Shown here: positions 25,910-39,686 of the stretch, in pieces
Numbering within the stretch: position 1 is the stretch's first letter
Layout: each line of letters opens with the position of its first letter
Assembly: GCF_008831285.2 (NCBI RefSeq)
Contig: NC_045138.2
Coordinates: 22,320,001 to 22,384,000, forward strand
Length of the DNA: 64,000 nucleotides
Origin: Nymphaea colorata
Taxonomy: Eukaryota
Direction of reading: 5' to 3'
Translations under genes and position numbers: made by a program
Notes under the pieces: model-generated
What the model was told of the DNA's origin: nothing
The model's input: the letters and a program-made list of their open reading frames with translations, nothing else
Database searches by the model: none

Positions 25910-26236
25910 GTCGTTTGGCAGTATTCGCTACATGTTTTTTACATATGAGTCATAATTTGACATTTGATTATGTTTTTCACAATTGTCAAAGACTCAAAAG
26001 GTGACATTTGGTTTTTAAATTTAATTTTACAGTCGTTATGTAAATTCTAAATGCCTTAATTAGGATCAATAGTGCTTCCTAAGTTCTGACTAGGGTCTTT
26101 TATGGGCCTAATGCCTTCTTACCGTTCTCTACCATCAACTACTTATCTACAGAATGGAAATCTAATGTTCTGGATCATCGATGACAGTATTAGGCTTTGA
26201 CTAGGTTGAGTATAGCGTAAACTCTATTGAGAGTCA

Positions 26237-26352
26237 TATTCTTTGCTATCTCTCATAGGCCACTCGATCCAATTTCATTGGTAATAGGTTCAATCTATTC
26301 TTTGCTGTCTCTCACAGGCCACTCGATGCAATTTCAATGCTAATAGGTTCAA
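26237..26352. repeat. Two-copy ~58-bp tandem duplication
   Basis: tattctttgct.tctctca.aggccactcgat.caatttca.tg.taataggttcaat occurs twice. Confidence 0.85.
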
Positions 26353-26859
26353 TTGAAGTGCAAATATGTTACACATAGACATAGTTTTGATTAGGTAAAA
26401 TGCTGTCCTAGCTTTAGATTGTCAATTGTGTCCTTTTTGCTTGTTTATCTTTAGATAAGTAACTATGCCAATGCATGGCTCTATTCCTTTGTCTCTTAGC
26501 AGTTCTTTGTTTTTTTTTACCATTTGTTATCATGTGCAGCTCTTTAACATGGCAGTTTCCTGTAAAGTAATGCTCTACTGCCATGTTGCTCCAATGCAAA
26601 AACTGGGGTTGTTGATTTATCAAGAGTGGGACTTCCACCAGCAGAGGTACTCAATTTACAGTACTAGCTTCAGGTCAACTGATGTCCAGTTGTTTCTTCG
26701 TGGTGTAGAACAAGATGACTTCTTGCATGTGAGATGCCTGATCTCTAAGCTTGTAGAGATTTCTTGCTCCGAGGGATGGGACGAATCCTTTGTAGATTCA
26801 AGATATATTCAAATTTGTGCTATTGTAAATTAATTTGGTGCTTATTTTCTCCTTTTGTG

Positions 26860-26861
<2 letters not shown>

Positions 26862-26903
<42 letters not shown>

Positions 26904-26904
26904 G

Positions 26905-26953
<49 letters not shown>
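26862..26953. repeat. Compound (TC)n(AC)n microsatellite
   Basis: Seen directly. Confidence 0.95.
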
Positions 26954-26956
<3 letters not shown>

Positions 26957-26957
26957 T

Positions 26958-27300
26958 CACTAAAAGATACAAACAACTGTTTTTATGATGGTCGCTAAAA
27001 TATATTTCCTTGTAGTGAATGACGTAAATTTGTGCCACTAAAATATCTTTAATGGCACTTTCCGTCCATCATCAAGTGTGTAGTGAAATGTTGTGTGTCA
27101 ATGTAAGGTCTTTTATGGCGCTATCGACCTGCTATAGAATGTCGACAATAGCAGGTAACTATGTGGCATTGAAGAGTCTTTAGTGGCATTTGCTTTTTGC
27201 CATAGAAAACCAATCGGTGGCGTTTCTTTGTATGGCAAACCACCGATGGTGTTTTAGATGTGCCACTGAAAGCCATTTTAGTGACGTCTTCTAGCAGTTA
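26958..27300. mobile_element. CACTA (En/Spm) terminal remnant
   Basis: TTTCCTTGTAGTG ending at 27017 is the reverse complement of CACTACAAGGAAA. Repeated gccacta/tagtggc subterminal-like motifs follow. Confidence 0.45.
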
Positions 27301-27463
27301 TGTTCTAGATGCTTCTATTCTCTTCTATTGGGGCGTGTGAACCAGTTACTCAGCAAAACTAATTTAAAGAATTTCAAGTAGCTAGGGTAGCTATAAAATC
27401 TCACTTGATAACTTAGTTTTCACTTAAATGATTTTTTTTTTTGGCTTCATAATACACACACAG

Positions 27464-27499
<36 letters not shown>

Positions 27500-28987
27500 A
27501 TTGCAAGGCAAGGCCTTTGGGACCTTGACAAAACTCATATACCAAGAGAGGGCCGGTGTTGTGCTGCATGAAGGAGTAGACAATGCGGACTTTTCATGCA
27601 ACACAAATTAAATACCATATTAGTCAATTTCCTTACAGATGCACAAAATACATGCTCTACCAGTCAATCGCCTGCATGATGAAACTTCTTCTTGTCCATC
27701 TCTCTCTCTTAACCCCATTTAGGTTCGTGAAGGTGATATTAATTAGCGACTTTTCCACCAACAGTTTAAGGGTACTGTAAATGCAAGTTCTTCTTCGTAG
27801 TAGTTTTGATCAATTGAGCCCTTTATTAGTGTTTTCAACTCTTGAAAGACTACGTATCTCTCATCACTATTGACGGGACACTCTTTTACGGCTACGGGTG
27901 CTAATGCTCGTCACCCGGCCGCCCTACATTTCAAAGAATTGTACTCGACACCCACACCAGATGACTACGTACGTCATCTCAGCCATGTAGGTCTGGTCTG
28001 TATCTCTTAGCTCCTCTCAATCTCATGCATTGCAGGTGCCGTTTTCTGAAGAGGAAGTCGCAACCGCCCTCAAGGAACTCTCCTGTTGGAAAGCACTGGG
28101 TCTGGATGGCATTCATCTTGATTTTAAAAAGCTTTTGGCCATCGTCAAGCCAGACCTTATCAAGTTTGTAGCTGAATTTCACCGTAATGGCCACCTGGGC
28201 TGCCATCATCTCTCAATGTGGCGTTAATGGTACTTATGCCAAAGAAGATAGAATCCACCGGCATATCTTCCTATTGGCCAATTGCAATCTTGGGTTCTCT
28301 CTACCGCATATTGAGCAGGCTCCTCGCAAACCGCCTCTCCCCCAGCATCATCTCCAATTCCCAATTTGCTTTCAGCAAGGGCAGGCGACTACAAGAAGGA
28401 TATGTCTTGGCAAACGAAGTTAATTCATTCTCTAAGTCTACTGCAACAGCCTTTCTTCATACTCAAAGTGAACTGACTTTGCTGAGGCATATGATTCCGT
28501 TAGGTGGGACTTTCTTTTTCAGACGCTGAAATATATGGGGTTTGGTAACCGGTGGATAAGTGACTGAGGCCAACGAATGAATCTCCATCAATGGTCATAT
28601 TGGAAGCCAGTTTAGTTGCTACTGAGGGCTACGCCAGGGATGCTCTCTCTCCCTTTTTTTTCAACATCATGGCGGAGGGCCTTGCGATATTACTAAAAAA
28701 AGCAAATAGCAGCGTTATCTTACATCCAGTCGTCTACGAGTTTCCTGGAAACATCATCCAATATGCTGATGAAGTGGTGTTGCTTGGGGTCACAATGCCT
28801 CAACAAATGAAACACAAGTTGGGTCTTCTATGCGTTTTCTCTTTGATATCGGACCTCAAAGTTAACGAGCACAAATGCGTCGTTTCTATCCTAAATGGCG
28901 ACGCTGACCTCCTAAGGCCTGCTGGTACTATTTACTATAGAGAAATGGGTGATTCCATGTTAGATATATGGGGCTTTCGCTTCAACT

Positions 28988-31900
28988 TGTTAAAGATCAA
29001 ATGGGAAAAATAATTGAAAAAGACAAAATATTTTCGAAAGTGGTTCAGCCAACAGTTCATTACTCTCTACTTTTCAACTTGTTTTTCTTTCTTAAAAGCT
29101 GCCTTTATATAGAGGAGGAATGTAAGTGCTCTCTTTGGGATGTTACAAAAGATTTATTATCACTACTATTTCCCAAGACACATGATTTTTCATTTATAAT
29201 AGTTTCCACATCTCCCAAGCAACTCACTTTGATTGATGAGATTTGATTCTCTCTAAGAGTCTTCTTGGTAGAAGAAAGTTGCATCTCTCCAAGAGGCTTA
29301 TTGATTGATGAGAGTTGATTATCTCTAAAAATCTTCTTGATTGATGAAAGTTGTTTCTCTCCAAGAGTCTTATTGATTGATGAGAGTTGATTCTCTCTAA
29401 GAGTCTCCTTGGTTGACGAGGAATGATTTCTAATAGACTCCTTGGTATTATCTTCATTATTACCGTTAACATCTCCTTGCAATCTCAATGCATTAGCAAT
29501 GAAATTAAGCTTGTTAATTATTTGATAATAGTGATGCTTGCTAAGTGGCTTAATTAACATACCAACAATTTGACCTTTGGAGAGGATGTATTAAATTTTC
29601 AAATCTCCTTTAGCCAGTTTTTTCGAACAAAATGAAGTTCAATCTCTATGTGTTTGCTACGACTATGATACACAAGATGAGCTGCAAGATAGGCTACACC
29701 GATGTTGTCGCACCATAATATGGGAGCTTGTGATTGAGCAATACTAAATTCTTTCAATATAAATTGTAACTACATGATTTCAGCAGTGGTGTTGACAATA
29801 GATCCATACCCAGCCTCAATGCTAGAACGGGAAACAACTGGCTGCTTTTTAGCACTTCATGAGACTAAATTAGATTGAATAAATACTCCATATTCACCTG
29901 TAGAACGTCTATCATCAAGACATCCAACCCAATCTGCATTACTATAAACATTAATATTAAGAACTGAACTAGGTCTAATAACAATACCATAATCAATAGT
30001 GTGTTTCAAATATCTTATGATTTTCTTTACAGCATCCCAATGAGTATCAGTAGGATGATGCATGTATTGACAAACCTTGTTGATAACATAAGAGATGTTT
30101 GGGCGAGTCATAGTAGAGTATTGAAGAGCTCCAACGATGTTGTGATAAAGAGTTGAATCATGAAAATTTGATCTAGTTTGAGCAGATAAAACATGAGAGT
30201 ATGTCATGGGAGTTGAAACTACCTTAGCTCCAAGCATACATGTTTTTTTGAGAAGCTCAAATATATGTTTTCTTTGAGATAATGTTAGCTTACTATCAAC
30301 TCTTGTTTGTATTGTTTCAATGATCTATATGCTTTTCGCTTGATTTTGATGACCCACTTACATCCTATAATGTGTTTGGCTTCTTTCTTTGGAACAAGTT
30401 TACAAATATTGTTTTGAATAAGGTCATCATACTCTTCTTGCATGACCTTCCTCTAATTTTCATCTTCATATGCTTTGTTGAATTTTGAAGTTCTCTATCT
30501 TCAAGAAGAGTGGTAATAAGAGCTTTGAAAGAGAGTGTTTGCTAGAAAAATACATATGAAACTCATTGTATTTAGGATTGAGTTTGCATATCTTCAAGAA
30601 AAGTGGTAATAAGAGCTTTTGAAGAGAGTGTTTGCTAGAAAAATACGTATGGAACTCATTATATTTAGGATTGGGTTTGCAGGTTCCTACTTGAGATCTA
30701 GTAGTCATAGGATGAACTCATTCTTGATTTGAGACATTTTGACTAGACTGGGTTGGCTCTCTTTTTCAAGAGTCTTATGATGAGATTCACTATTTATTTC
30801 AGATGAGGTAAGGGTTTCTCTGGCATTGTGATGGTACTAGATGTTGGCACTATAAGGTTTGGAAACTGGTATTTATGAGGAAAAGTTAAAATGATAGCTT
30901 GGGTTTTTACTTTAAGGATCTTGAATTCTAGTTTCTTGAGTATTAATAAAAGGAAATTTCCTTTTATTAAATTGGACATGTCTCGAAATATAAATTTTAC
31001 CATTTTGCACACTCAAACAATAATACCCTTTATGTCGAGGAGCATAGCCTAAGAAAACACATCTTTCAGATCGATAATCTCATTTATTTTTTCTGGTAAG
31101 CTCTTAAACAGGTTAAACATTCACATCCAAAAATTTTGAAGAAGTCATATTCAAGTGCCTGTTTGAACAATTTTTTCAAAGGATAAGCAAAATCAAGAAT
31201 TTTGGTTGGCATTCCATTAATCAAATAAACTACAGTACAAAAGTTTGAGGACAAAAAATTATTGTGAATATTATCTTCTACCATTAGAGATACTTTCTCC
31301 ATTTTGTTCAGGAGTATGAGAACATGATATTTTATGTCAAATCCCATTATCGATAATATATGATTGAAGCCATTGAAATTCTCCTCCCCAATCTGAGTGA
31401 AAATATTTTATCTTGTATCCAGTAAAATTTTGAAAAAGTACTTTGAAAGCTTTGAAAATATGGCTAACATTTGATCATTTTTTTCTATCAAAAAATCCAA
31501 GTATACCTTAAAGCTGGACCCCATACATCAGAACAAATGAGTTCAATCAGACATTTCACCATATTTGAAATAACATTCAACAGAAGTTTATGGCTATTAA
31601 ATTTTTGACAAGTTTCACACAAGTAGTTTAAGTAATCATCATAATAAGATTAATCACATTTGTTCAAAACCTTCTTAACAATGGAAAATGAAGGATGACC
31701 AAGTCTTTTGTGCTACTAACCAACTGTCTTTCTCCAAACTAAGCTTCCTTTGTCATGCTACCAAGGTTCATCTTGTATAGCCCATCACTGCTAGTTCCTT
31801 GATGAAGAATTTTTCTTGTTTCATGGTGTTTAACACAACACATATTAGGATGAAACCCAAAATAAACTCCATTATCTTTAGAAAGACGTAGTGATAACAA

Positions 31901-33556
31901 GTTTCTTGTTATTTTAGGCACATGAAGGAGATCATTTAAAACTAAGTTTTGAGATGTCTTTGAAAAACCAATATAAAAAGTTCTCAAACTTGATCCAGCT
32001 CCGATTTTCATTGCATCTCCATCATTGTATTTGGCATGGATGGACAAGTTATTGATATCGTTGGTGATGTGATGAGTCGTTCCAAAGTCAGGATACCAAT
32101 TGTCGTTTCTAATGTCTTGATCTAGAGTGCTAGAAGGCCTTGCATGATATGTTGAAACAACGTTGTCTCTTTTTCTTTAAACAAGTTAGTATATGACCAA
32201 CAAAACCTTGCAATATGACCAACTTTTCCACATATTTGGCACACAAGATGATCACCTTTATACTGTTCATTTTTTTGTCCTTCTCCTCTAGATTGATAGT
32301 TATTTCCACTACAACTTCTATAGTTGTTTTGCTTATTGTAAACCTGTTTTGAGGTAATATTCGCAATAGACATAATATATTTATTGAGCTTGTGAATAAT
32401 CCTTTTTTAAGTTGGATTCTTATATGAGAAGATGCCCATGAAGTTCATTCAAAGAGATAGGATCATTTCCAATTTTCATGCGGACCTCAAAGGCAAGATA
32501 TTAACTTGGCAATCCTCTAGGAATTTGAAGAACAAATCATCTTCACTAACTTGTTTGGATGCAATGGTTAATTGGTGACTAATAGCTTTTGCTTTGTTTA
32601 TATAAACATCCATAGAACGGCATCCCTTTTTCAAATCTTGAAACTGTGATTTTAACTGCATTATTTGAGTCATGGATTAAGCAACATAAGACTGCTTAAG
32701 GACACCCCATACCTGTACAGAAATTTTTAAATCAATAAATTGGGTATGCATTGCTTCAGATAAAGAAGACTTAATCCAAATCAAAAGTAATCGTTCATTT
32801 CTCACTCATTCAATCTCGACTTATTTCACTTGTTTCATATCTAAACATTGATGGACCAGGTTTCCTTCCATCAACATACCCCATAAGATCATATGAGATT
32901 AAGATTGAGGTAAAATTGGGATTCCCAAATAAGAAAATTTGGACATTTAATTTGATGGTGAGGAAGTGTTGTAAGTTGCCTGGGTACTGAAGAGGAAAAG
33001 TAAGAAGATTCATGTATCAGAGTTGACTCCCGTATTTGATGTTGCTTTTTGGTTTGCCATAAGAATGAAAAGCCGCAACACAAATTGTAATCCTTAGAAA
33101 CTAGCAACAACACTAACAAGAACTAGCAGCTCTTATACCATTATAAAAATCAAATGGGAAAAATAATTAAAAAAGACAAATTTTTAAAGTAGTTCAACCA
33201 ACAAGCCTACGTCCACTACTCTCTACTTTTCAATTTGTTTTTATTTCGTAGAGAGCTCGCTTTATATAGAAAAGGTACATAAGTGGTCTTTTTGGGTCGT
33301 TACAAAAGATTTGTTATCGCTACTATTTTCCAAGAGACATGACTTTTCATTTATAATAGTCTCCACATCTTCCAAGCAATTCACCTTGATTGACAAGAGT
33401 TGATTCTCTCTAAGAGACTTCTTGATTAATGAAGGTTGTTTCTCTCCAAGAGTGTTATTGATTGATGAGAGTTGATTCTTTCTAAGAGTCTCTTTGGTTG
33501 ACGAGGAATGATCTTTAAGAGTCTCCTTGGTATCGCCTTCATTATTTCTGTTAACA
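28988..33556 (-). mobile_element. Ty1/Copia element with internal deletions (Copia-3)
   Basis: LTRs 28988-29471 and 33141-33556 with perfect TSD CAACT. PBS at 33129-33140 and PPT after 29471. gag, CQICGKVGH knuckle, WYPDFGTTHH protease, integrase and RNase H remnants. Most of the RT core is missing near 30300-30360. Confidence 0.93.
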
Positions 33557-34233
33557 CAACTCTCCCGCATTACCAAAGTTGCTTGGAACCCAATCACTTA
33601 GAAAATAGGGAGAAAATTACAAAGCTGGAAGGGCATATACCTCTTGCTTCCCGGGTGTGCTCTATTAATCCAACACATTCTCACTTCAATCCCTAATTTC
33701 CTAATGTCGTTGCTCATGATACCAGCAAGTGTAGAGCAGAAAATCAATGTGATTTTCAGATGCTTCCTTTGGCCTAATAGCAACAACATATGCAACTGTT
33801 ATTCAGTTAGGCTTAGTGATTACATCCAAGGACTTCGGCTGCCTTGGTATACCGGAGTTTCTCTATCCTGGTCTTGAGAAAGCCCAAGGCTGCTCTTCTC
33901 CTCAAATGGTGGTTCTCCATTTTTCATTCGATGGATACTTGGGCATTGGTCTTGTTGCATAAGTATAACCTACATGCACTCAACTCTATAAATATAGTAG
34001 GGATCAAATCCAACCTGCGGACTTCTTGGCTGAAGGTTTTCAAGTTTTTTGTGGATCGAGATGACAATATCTATGACAGTACAAGCCATTTGCATGGGTG
34101 AAATCCACATCAGTCATCTTCCCCACCAAGCGGGTGTATATGTCCTTTTTGCAAGCTGGTATGGATTTTCTTCCCAAGCATACAAATATGGTGGTTAGGC
34201 CCTAATCCAGGCTCCAAGTTTCTGGCTTGGATG

Positions 34234-37200
34234 TGTTAAGGAAAGATTTGACAAGGATATGCAACAGATGAACATTATCAATCAGTGATTATCGGGTAAA
34301 TCAATCAGAGATTATCGAGTGAAGGATCTTCCCAAACTATATAAAAAATTTTGAATTATTACCATATATGTTGCAATGCTGTAACGTTGTATAGCTGTAC
34401 CATTCTTGTAACATTATGTAACTGATAACAAGTTACAGTATATAATACAAGGTATACTCTTGCAATAAATATGCAAGAGAGTTATTCATACTCGTCTTCT
34501 TGAGTCATCTCTTTCTCGTCTTCTTGTCTCACATTTCTTTCATGGTATCAGAGCCATCTGCATGGTTCTTGGTTCTTCTCTGTTCTCGTTGTCCCTTTGT
34601 TCAGCCATAGTTATTTCGAGTGTTCCTATTCACTCGCACATCAACAAAGGTACCAACCTTCGTTGGTCCTCTCACTGCTCAAGTTTCATCCTCTGTTAGT
34701 TGCAGTTCCAAGAAGCCCATAATTGACCAACGCTGGAACCTTCTGTTTTTCGGACTGCAACTTCTTCTTCTTCAGTGCATGAAATAGGGAGTAGCTTTTT
34801 CTTCTTCAGTGTGTGAAACAGGGAAACACAACATCCCTGTTCATCTGCACACCGTCGTTGGTGTCAGCCTCCACTAGTCCTCACACTGCTCAGGAAACAT
34901 CCCTTGCTCGTTGCTGTTCCAAGGAGCCCATCCTTACTTGAGCTAGCTGGAACCTTCTGTTTTCTGGCCGCCTCTCCTAGTGCGTCTTCTGTAAACCAGA
35001 AAAAATTGACTTCCATTTTTCACCTCTAAAACTCGGCACTGTCTCCTTGCTCAACAGATCCCCTCGAAGTTGCACAGGAAGCATTGCTAAGGAGTCTTCT
35101 TTCCGCCGGACCGGTGCTCGATCGGATTCATTACCAGAGTGGGCCGGAATCAGGTGGTTTTTGGTTGCCTATCTGTGAGTCCTCTGTTCAGCGTGTGAAA
35201 AAGGGGGAAATCGACCGCACCCAACTGATATCCTTGAATTGACCGACGCTATCTCGTCTTGCTCCATCTCCTCTCACTCCCTTCTTGCACGCCACCAAAA
35301 CTGTCGATAGGGTTGTTTGATGTCTGCGTCTCTGATCTCAGACGAAGAGAGAGAAACCCCTTTGCTGCGATGTGGTACTTGGTTTTTGCATAACTTTGTT
35401 TTCGACTCTCAACTCCTTAACATTCTCTGTATTTTGGTGGCGTCTGAGTATAATGGCTGCCACAATGCCTATTCAATGGAATGTTGCTGTTGCACTGGTC
35501 TCGATCAAACTCAACCGAGATAACTACCTATTATGGCGAAGTCAACTAGAGTCAATAATGGACTCTCAAGATCTTCTTCAGTTCGTTGATGGGACTCAAG
35601 TTGAACCACCGAAGAAGATAAACAAAGGACGACACAACTGAAGTGAATCCAGAATTTGTTGCATGGAAAAAAATGGATCGTCTTGCATTAAGTTGGATCA
35701 ACGCAACAATCACGAAAGCTGTGTTGGGGCAGATTATGTCTGCCAAAACTGCCTATGATGCTTGGTCAACCCTTGAGAAATCATATGGTTCTCAGTGCCC
35801 TCTGAGAATCATGCTGCTGCATAAGGAGCTGCTTTTGATCAAGAAGGGAAGTATGTCTATGCTAGCTTATTTAAATAAAATCAGATTTCTTTCGGATACT
35901 TTATCCACTGCTGGTCAAGAAATTTCTGATCAAGATCTAGTACAAGTCACTCTTAATGGATTGTTGTCAGAATATGAGAGTTTTATAACCATGCTTACTG
36001 GTCCATCATCATCAAAAACTTTCATTTTCTGAACTATTTGATCTTCCGCTTAATCAAGAAAAATGGCTTGCCTTACTTAAGTCGACTTCGATTGAAGTTG
36101 TTCAGCCAACATCGCAGGTTATCAACCACACTGCGTTCAACGTTTTTCGCAAGCAACGTTGAGGCCAAGGATTTTTCTGCAGTTGAGGAAGAAGAAATCA
36201 TGGTGCCCGTGGAAATCTGTTTTTTATAGCGTGGCAATCAGTCCTAGTTACAACAGCGATCTGGTATGGCTAACACACAATGTCAACACCCTCCTATTGT
36301 TTACCAATTTTGTGGACCAAAGGAGCACTCAGCTCATACATGCTACGACATTCCTCAAGTCTACTCTGCCATGAGTCTACAAGATTCACTAAATGAATAT
36401 TGGTACCCAGATACAGGTGCTACAAATCATATTGTAGCAAATGATGATATGATGCACAACAATGCTCCTGAGGATGGACAAGAGAACGTCATGATTGGTA
36501 ATGGTTCTCACCTTTCTATTAAGCATACTGGTGATCTATTAGTTGATGTTGATGAAAATTCTTTTAAACTCAAGAATACTTTTCATGTCCCCATTATTGC
36601 TCACAATTTGTTATCGGTCAGAAAATTTACTACTGACAATGATTATATCTTTTAGTTCTCACCGTATGATTTTGTGATCAAGGATCGACAAACAAACAAG
36701 ATTCATCTTCCAAGACCAAAAAAGTATAATGGACTTTATCCAATTATGCTTAAGAGAGCTAGCGTGAATCAAGAAAGAACAACCTTCATCAGTTGGTTTT
36801 CACGGCAGAATAATACAACCTCTTATGAGCTATGACACCGCCGATTAGGACATGCGAATAAAATGATTGTGAATCTTTTAAATTCTAGTTGTTTAATTTC
36901 AATAAACTCTTGATCCGAAAGAGATGTTTGTGAAGAACATGAAATTCTCTATCGATTTTCATGTTCTCATACGTCTGAACAAAATAGAATAGTTGAAAGA
37001 AAGAACAGACATGTTGTAGAAATTGGTTTGAGTATGTTGCATGATTCAGGGCTTGACTACAAATTTTAGGTTGAATCTTTCAGGACTGCAGTATACATCA
37101 TTAATCGGTTACCGACTAAAATTACACTCACCTATGAGTTTTTGGGTCAATATGTTATCCACTTCTCACTTTATCTATCAGCACCAAATTCCAACCAAAG

Positions 37201-39686
37201 ACCACTCGGTGCATTGTTCTTGGCTATGCAAGCAGACATAAAGGGTATATTTGTTATGATGCCACATTTCAAAGGATTCTTATCTCTCGACATGTGATTT
37301 TTGATGAAAGTTTGCATAACGGGTAGTCACCGACAATTTTCGATCCTTCACTATGGATGCCCAATGTTCAACTTGATCAAGGTACAAATACGACATGGGT
37401 CCTCCACTAGTTGAGCCAACATATCAAGATAGCACTCTTTCACTATTCAATTATGCATCAGTACCATTTAGACAACAAAGTTCTCTCATGCCACACATTA
37501 CTGATTTTTCAGCTTCACATATTGATTGTCATGACATGCCCATCTCTCTTTCACGAGGTCATGGTTCAAATAGGTTCATACCACAACAATCAAACTCCTT
37601 ATCACCTCTTGTTACATCATGTTGTCATAATGGTCTCCCCGATCAGTCCACTTCACCTATACAAGATCTAGCTGGCCATGAACATACACAGGAGGCTGTA
37701 AATGGAACCATACAAGAACTGGCTTAAAATTCATCTCGACCATCACATCATACTCATCATATAGTCACAAGGTCGATGACCGGTTCCTTGGTACCAAAAA
37801 CTTTTTGTGTTATGCTAGATCAGAAGGAACCAACCTTGTTTAAAGAAGCAATTAAGCATAATGACTGGCAACAAACTATGAAACATGAGATCGAGGCACT
37901 CAAACAAAGTCACCCATGGTGTCTCATTCGCACGCGCCTTGGTCTTCATGTCATTAGCTCAAAATGGGTATACAAAATTAAACGGAATATTGATGGGACC
38001 ATAGTTAGACATAACACATGACTTGTTGCTCGTGGTTTCCAACAAGAAGAAGGCATCGACTACTGGGAAACATTCAGTCCAATAGTAAAACCCACTACTA
38101 TTCGGGTTTTACTATCTTTAGCCATGCAATATGGGTGGCCTCTTCATCACCTTGATTTTGACAATGCGTTTCTTAATGGCTATCTTGATGAAGATGTTGA
38201 TATGACTCAACCTGAAGGATATGAAGATCAAGGACATTCTACTTACATATGCAAACTGGAAAAAGCCATCTATGGTCTCAAACAAGCTCCTCGAGCTTGG
38301 TATCATCGGGTCAGTTGTCATCTCCAAAAGCTTGGTTTCTTCAGCTCACAATCTGATGCGTCACTATTTATTTATTCCAAAGGCGTTGTCAAACTTTATA
38401 TGCTTGTTTATGTTGATGATATAATCCTTACTGGATCGTCCCCATCTCTTGTTGACTGGGATATTCGACAACTACAGGATACATTTTCAGTGAAAGATCT
38501 TGGACTCTTATCATATTTTCTTGGGATCGAAGTCACATGGACAACACATTCGATATATCTATGTCAATAATCTTATATCTCCAATATCATCAAATGAGCT
38601 AATATGGCCAAGGCTGAGCCTACTGTTTCATCGATGAGTACTAATAAAGACAAAGAGTCATATCCAATGCTTTTTAATAATCCTTCCTTATATCAAAGTG
38701 TGATGGGGGCATTTAATATGCCACTTTTACTAGACCAGACATAGCATTTGCGGTCAATCGGGCTTGCCAGTTCATGCACTCTCCTACAGTGAATCATTGG
38801 ATAATGGTTAAACGAATCCTACGTTACTTGAGTGGAACCAGTCATTATGCATTGCATTTCAAACCATTGTCAGCATTACAACTTTGTGCCTTTGCAGATG
38901 CCGACTGGGCAGAAAGTCCAAAAGATAGAAAATCTACAGGTGTATTTGTCATATTCTTAGGAGATAATATCATATCTTGGGCATCTAGGAAACAACAAAC
39001 TGTTGCCAGATCTAGCACTGAAGCTGAATACTAGCATGTGCAACTGTTGAACTTCTTTGGCTAAAATCACTTCTCAAAGAATTGGGGATAAATTTATCAT
39101 CTCCACCCGTTCTTTGGTGTGACAACATTGGAACATTATATCTTGCAGCCAATCTAGTTTTTTATGCTCGAATTAAACATGTGGAACTGGACTTTCATTT
39201 CGTCTCAGACCATGTAAATCAAGGAAATATCCAAGTTCAATTCATATGATATGCTGAGCAACTGGCTGATGGAATGATGAAAGCTCTCAGCACTAGTTCG
39301 TTCAACTTGTTTAGAGACAAGCTAAACCTGGTTGAACCAACCTTCAGCTTGAGGGAGCATGTTAATGAAAGATTTGACAAAAAGATTTGACAAGGAGATT
39401 TGCAACGGATGAACGTTACCAATAAGTGATTATCAGGTAAACCATTATTAAGAGATTATCAAGTGAAGGATCTTCTCAAACTATAGAAAGAATTTTGAAT
39501 TATTACCATATATGTTCCAATGTTGTAACGTTGTATAGCTCTACCATTCCTATAACGTTATGTAACTGATCACAGATTACAGTATATAATACAAAGTATA
39601 CTCCTGCAAGAAATATGCAAGAGAGTTACTCATACTCATCTTCTTTTATCGTCACTTTCTCGTCTTCTTGTTTCACATTTCTTTCA
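34234..39686 (+). mobile_element. Full-length decayed Ty1/Copia element (Copia-4)
   Basis: LTRs 34234-34542 and 39360-39686, PBS TGGTATCAGAGCC 34543-34555, PPT before 39360, TSD GGATG/GGATC. gag from ~35453, WYPDTGATNH, partly deleted integrase, RT ([15 protein letters not shown]) and RNase H (FADADWA). Confidence 0.95.

Noticed and set aside
29105..29560. 151-aa ORF with 12-residue repeats (also 33262-33597); CRISPR-like periodicity
   Set aside because: It is a translation of the 36-bp LTR minisatellite. There are no unique spacers and the context is eukaryotic.
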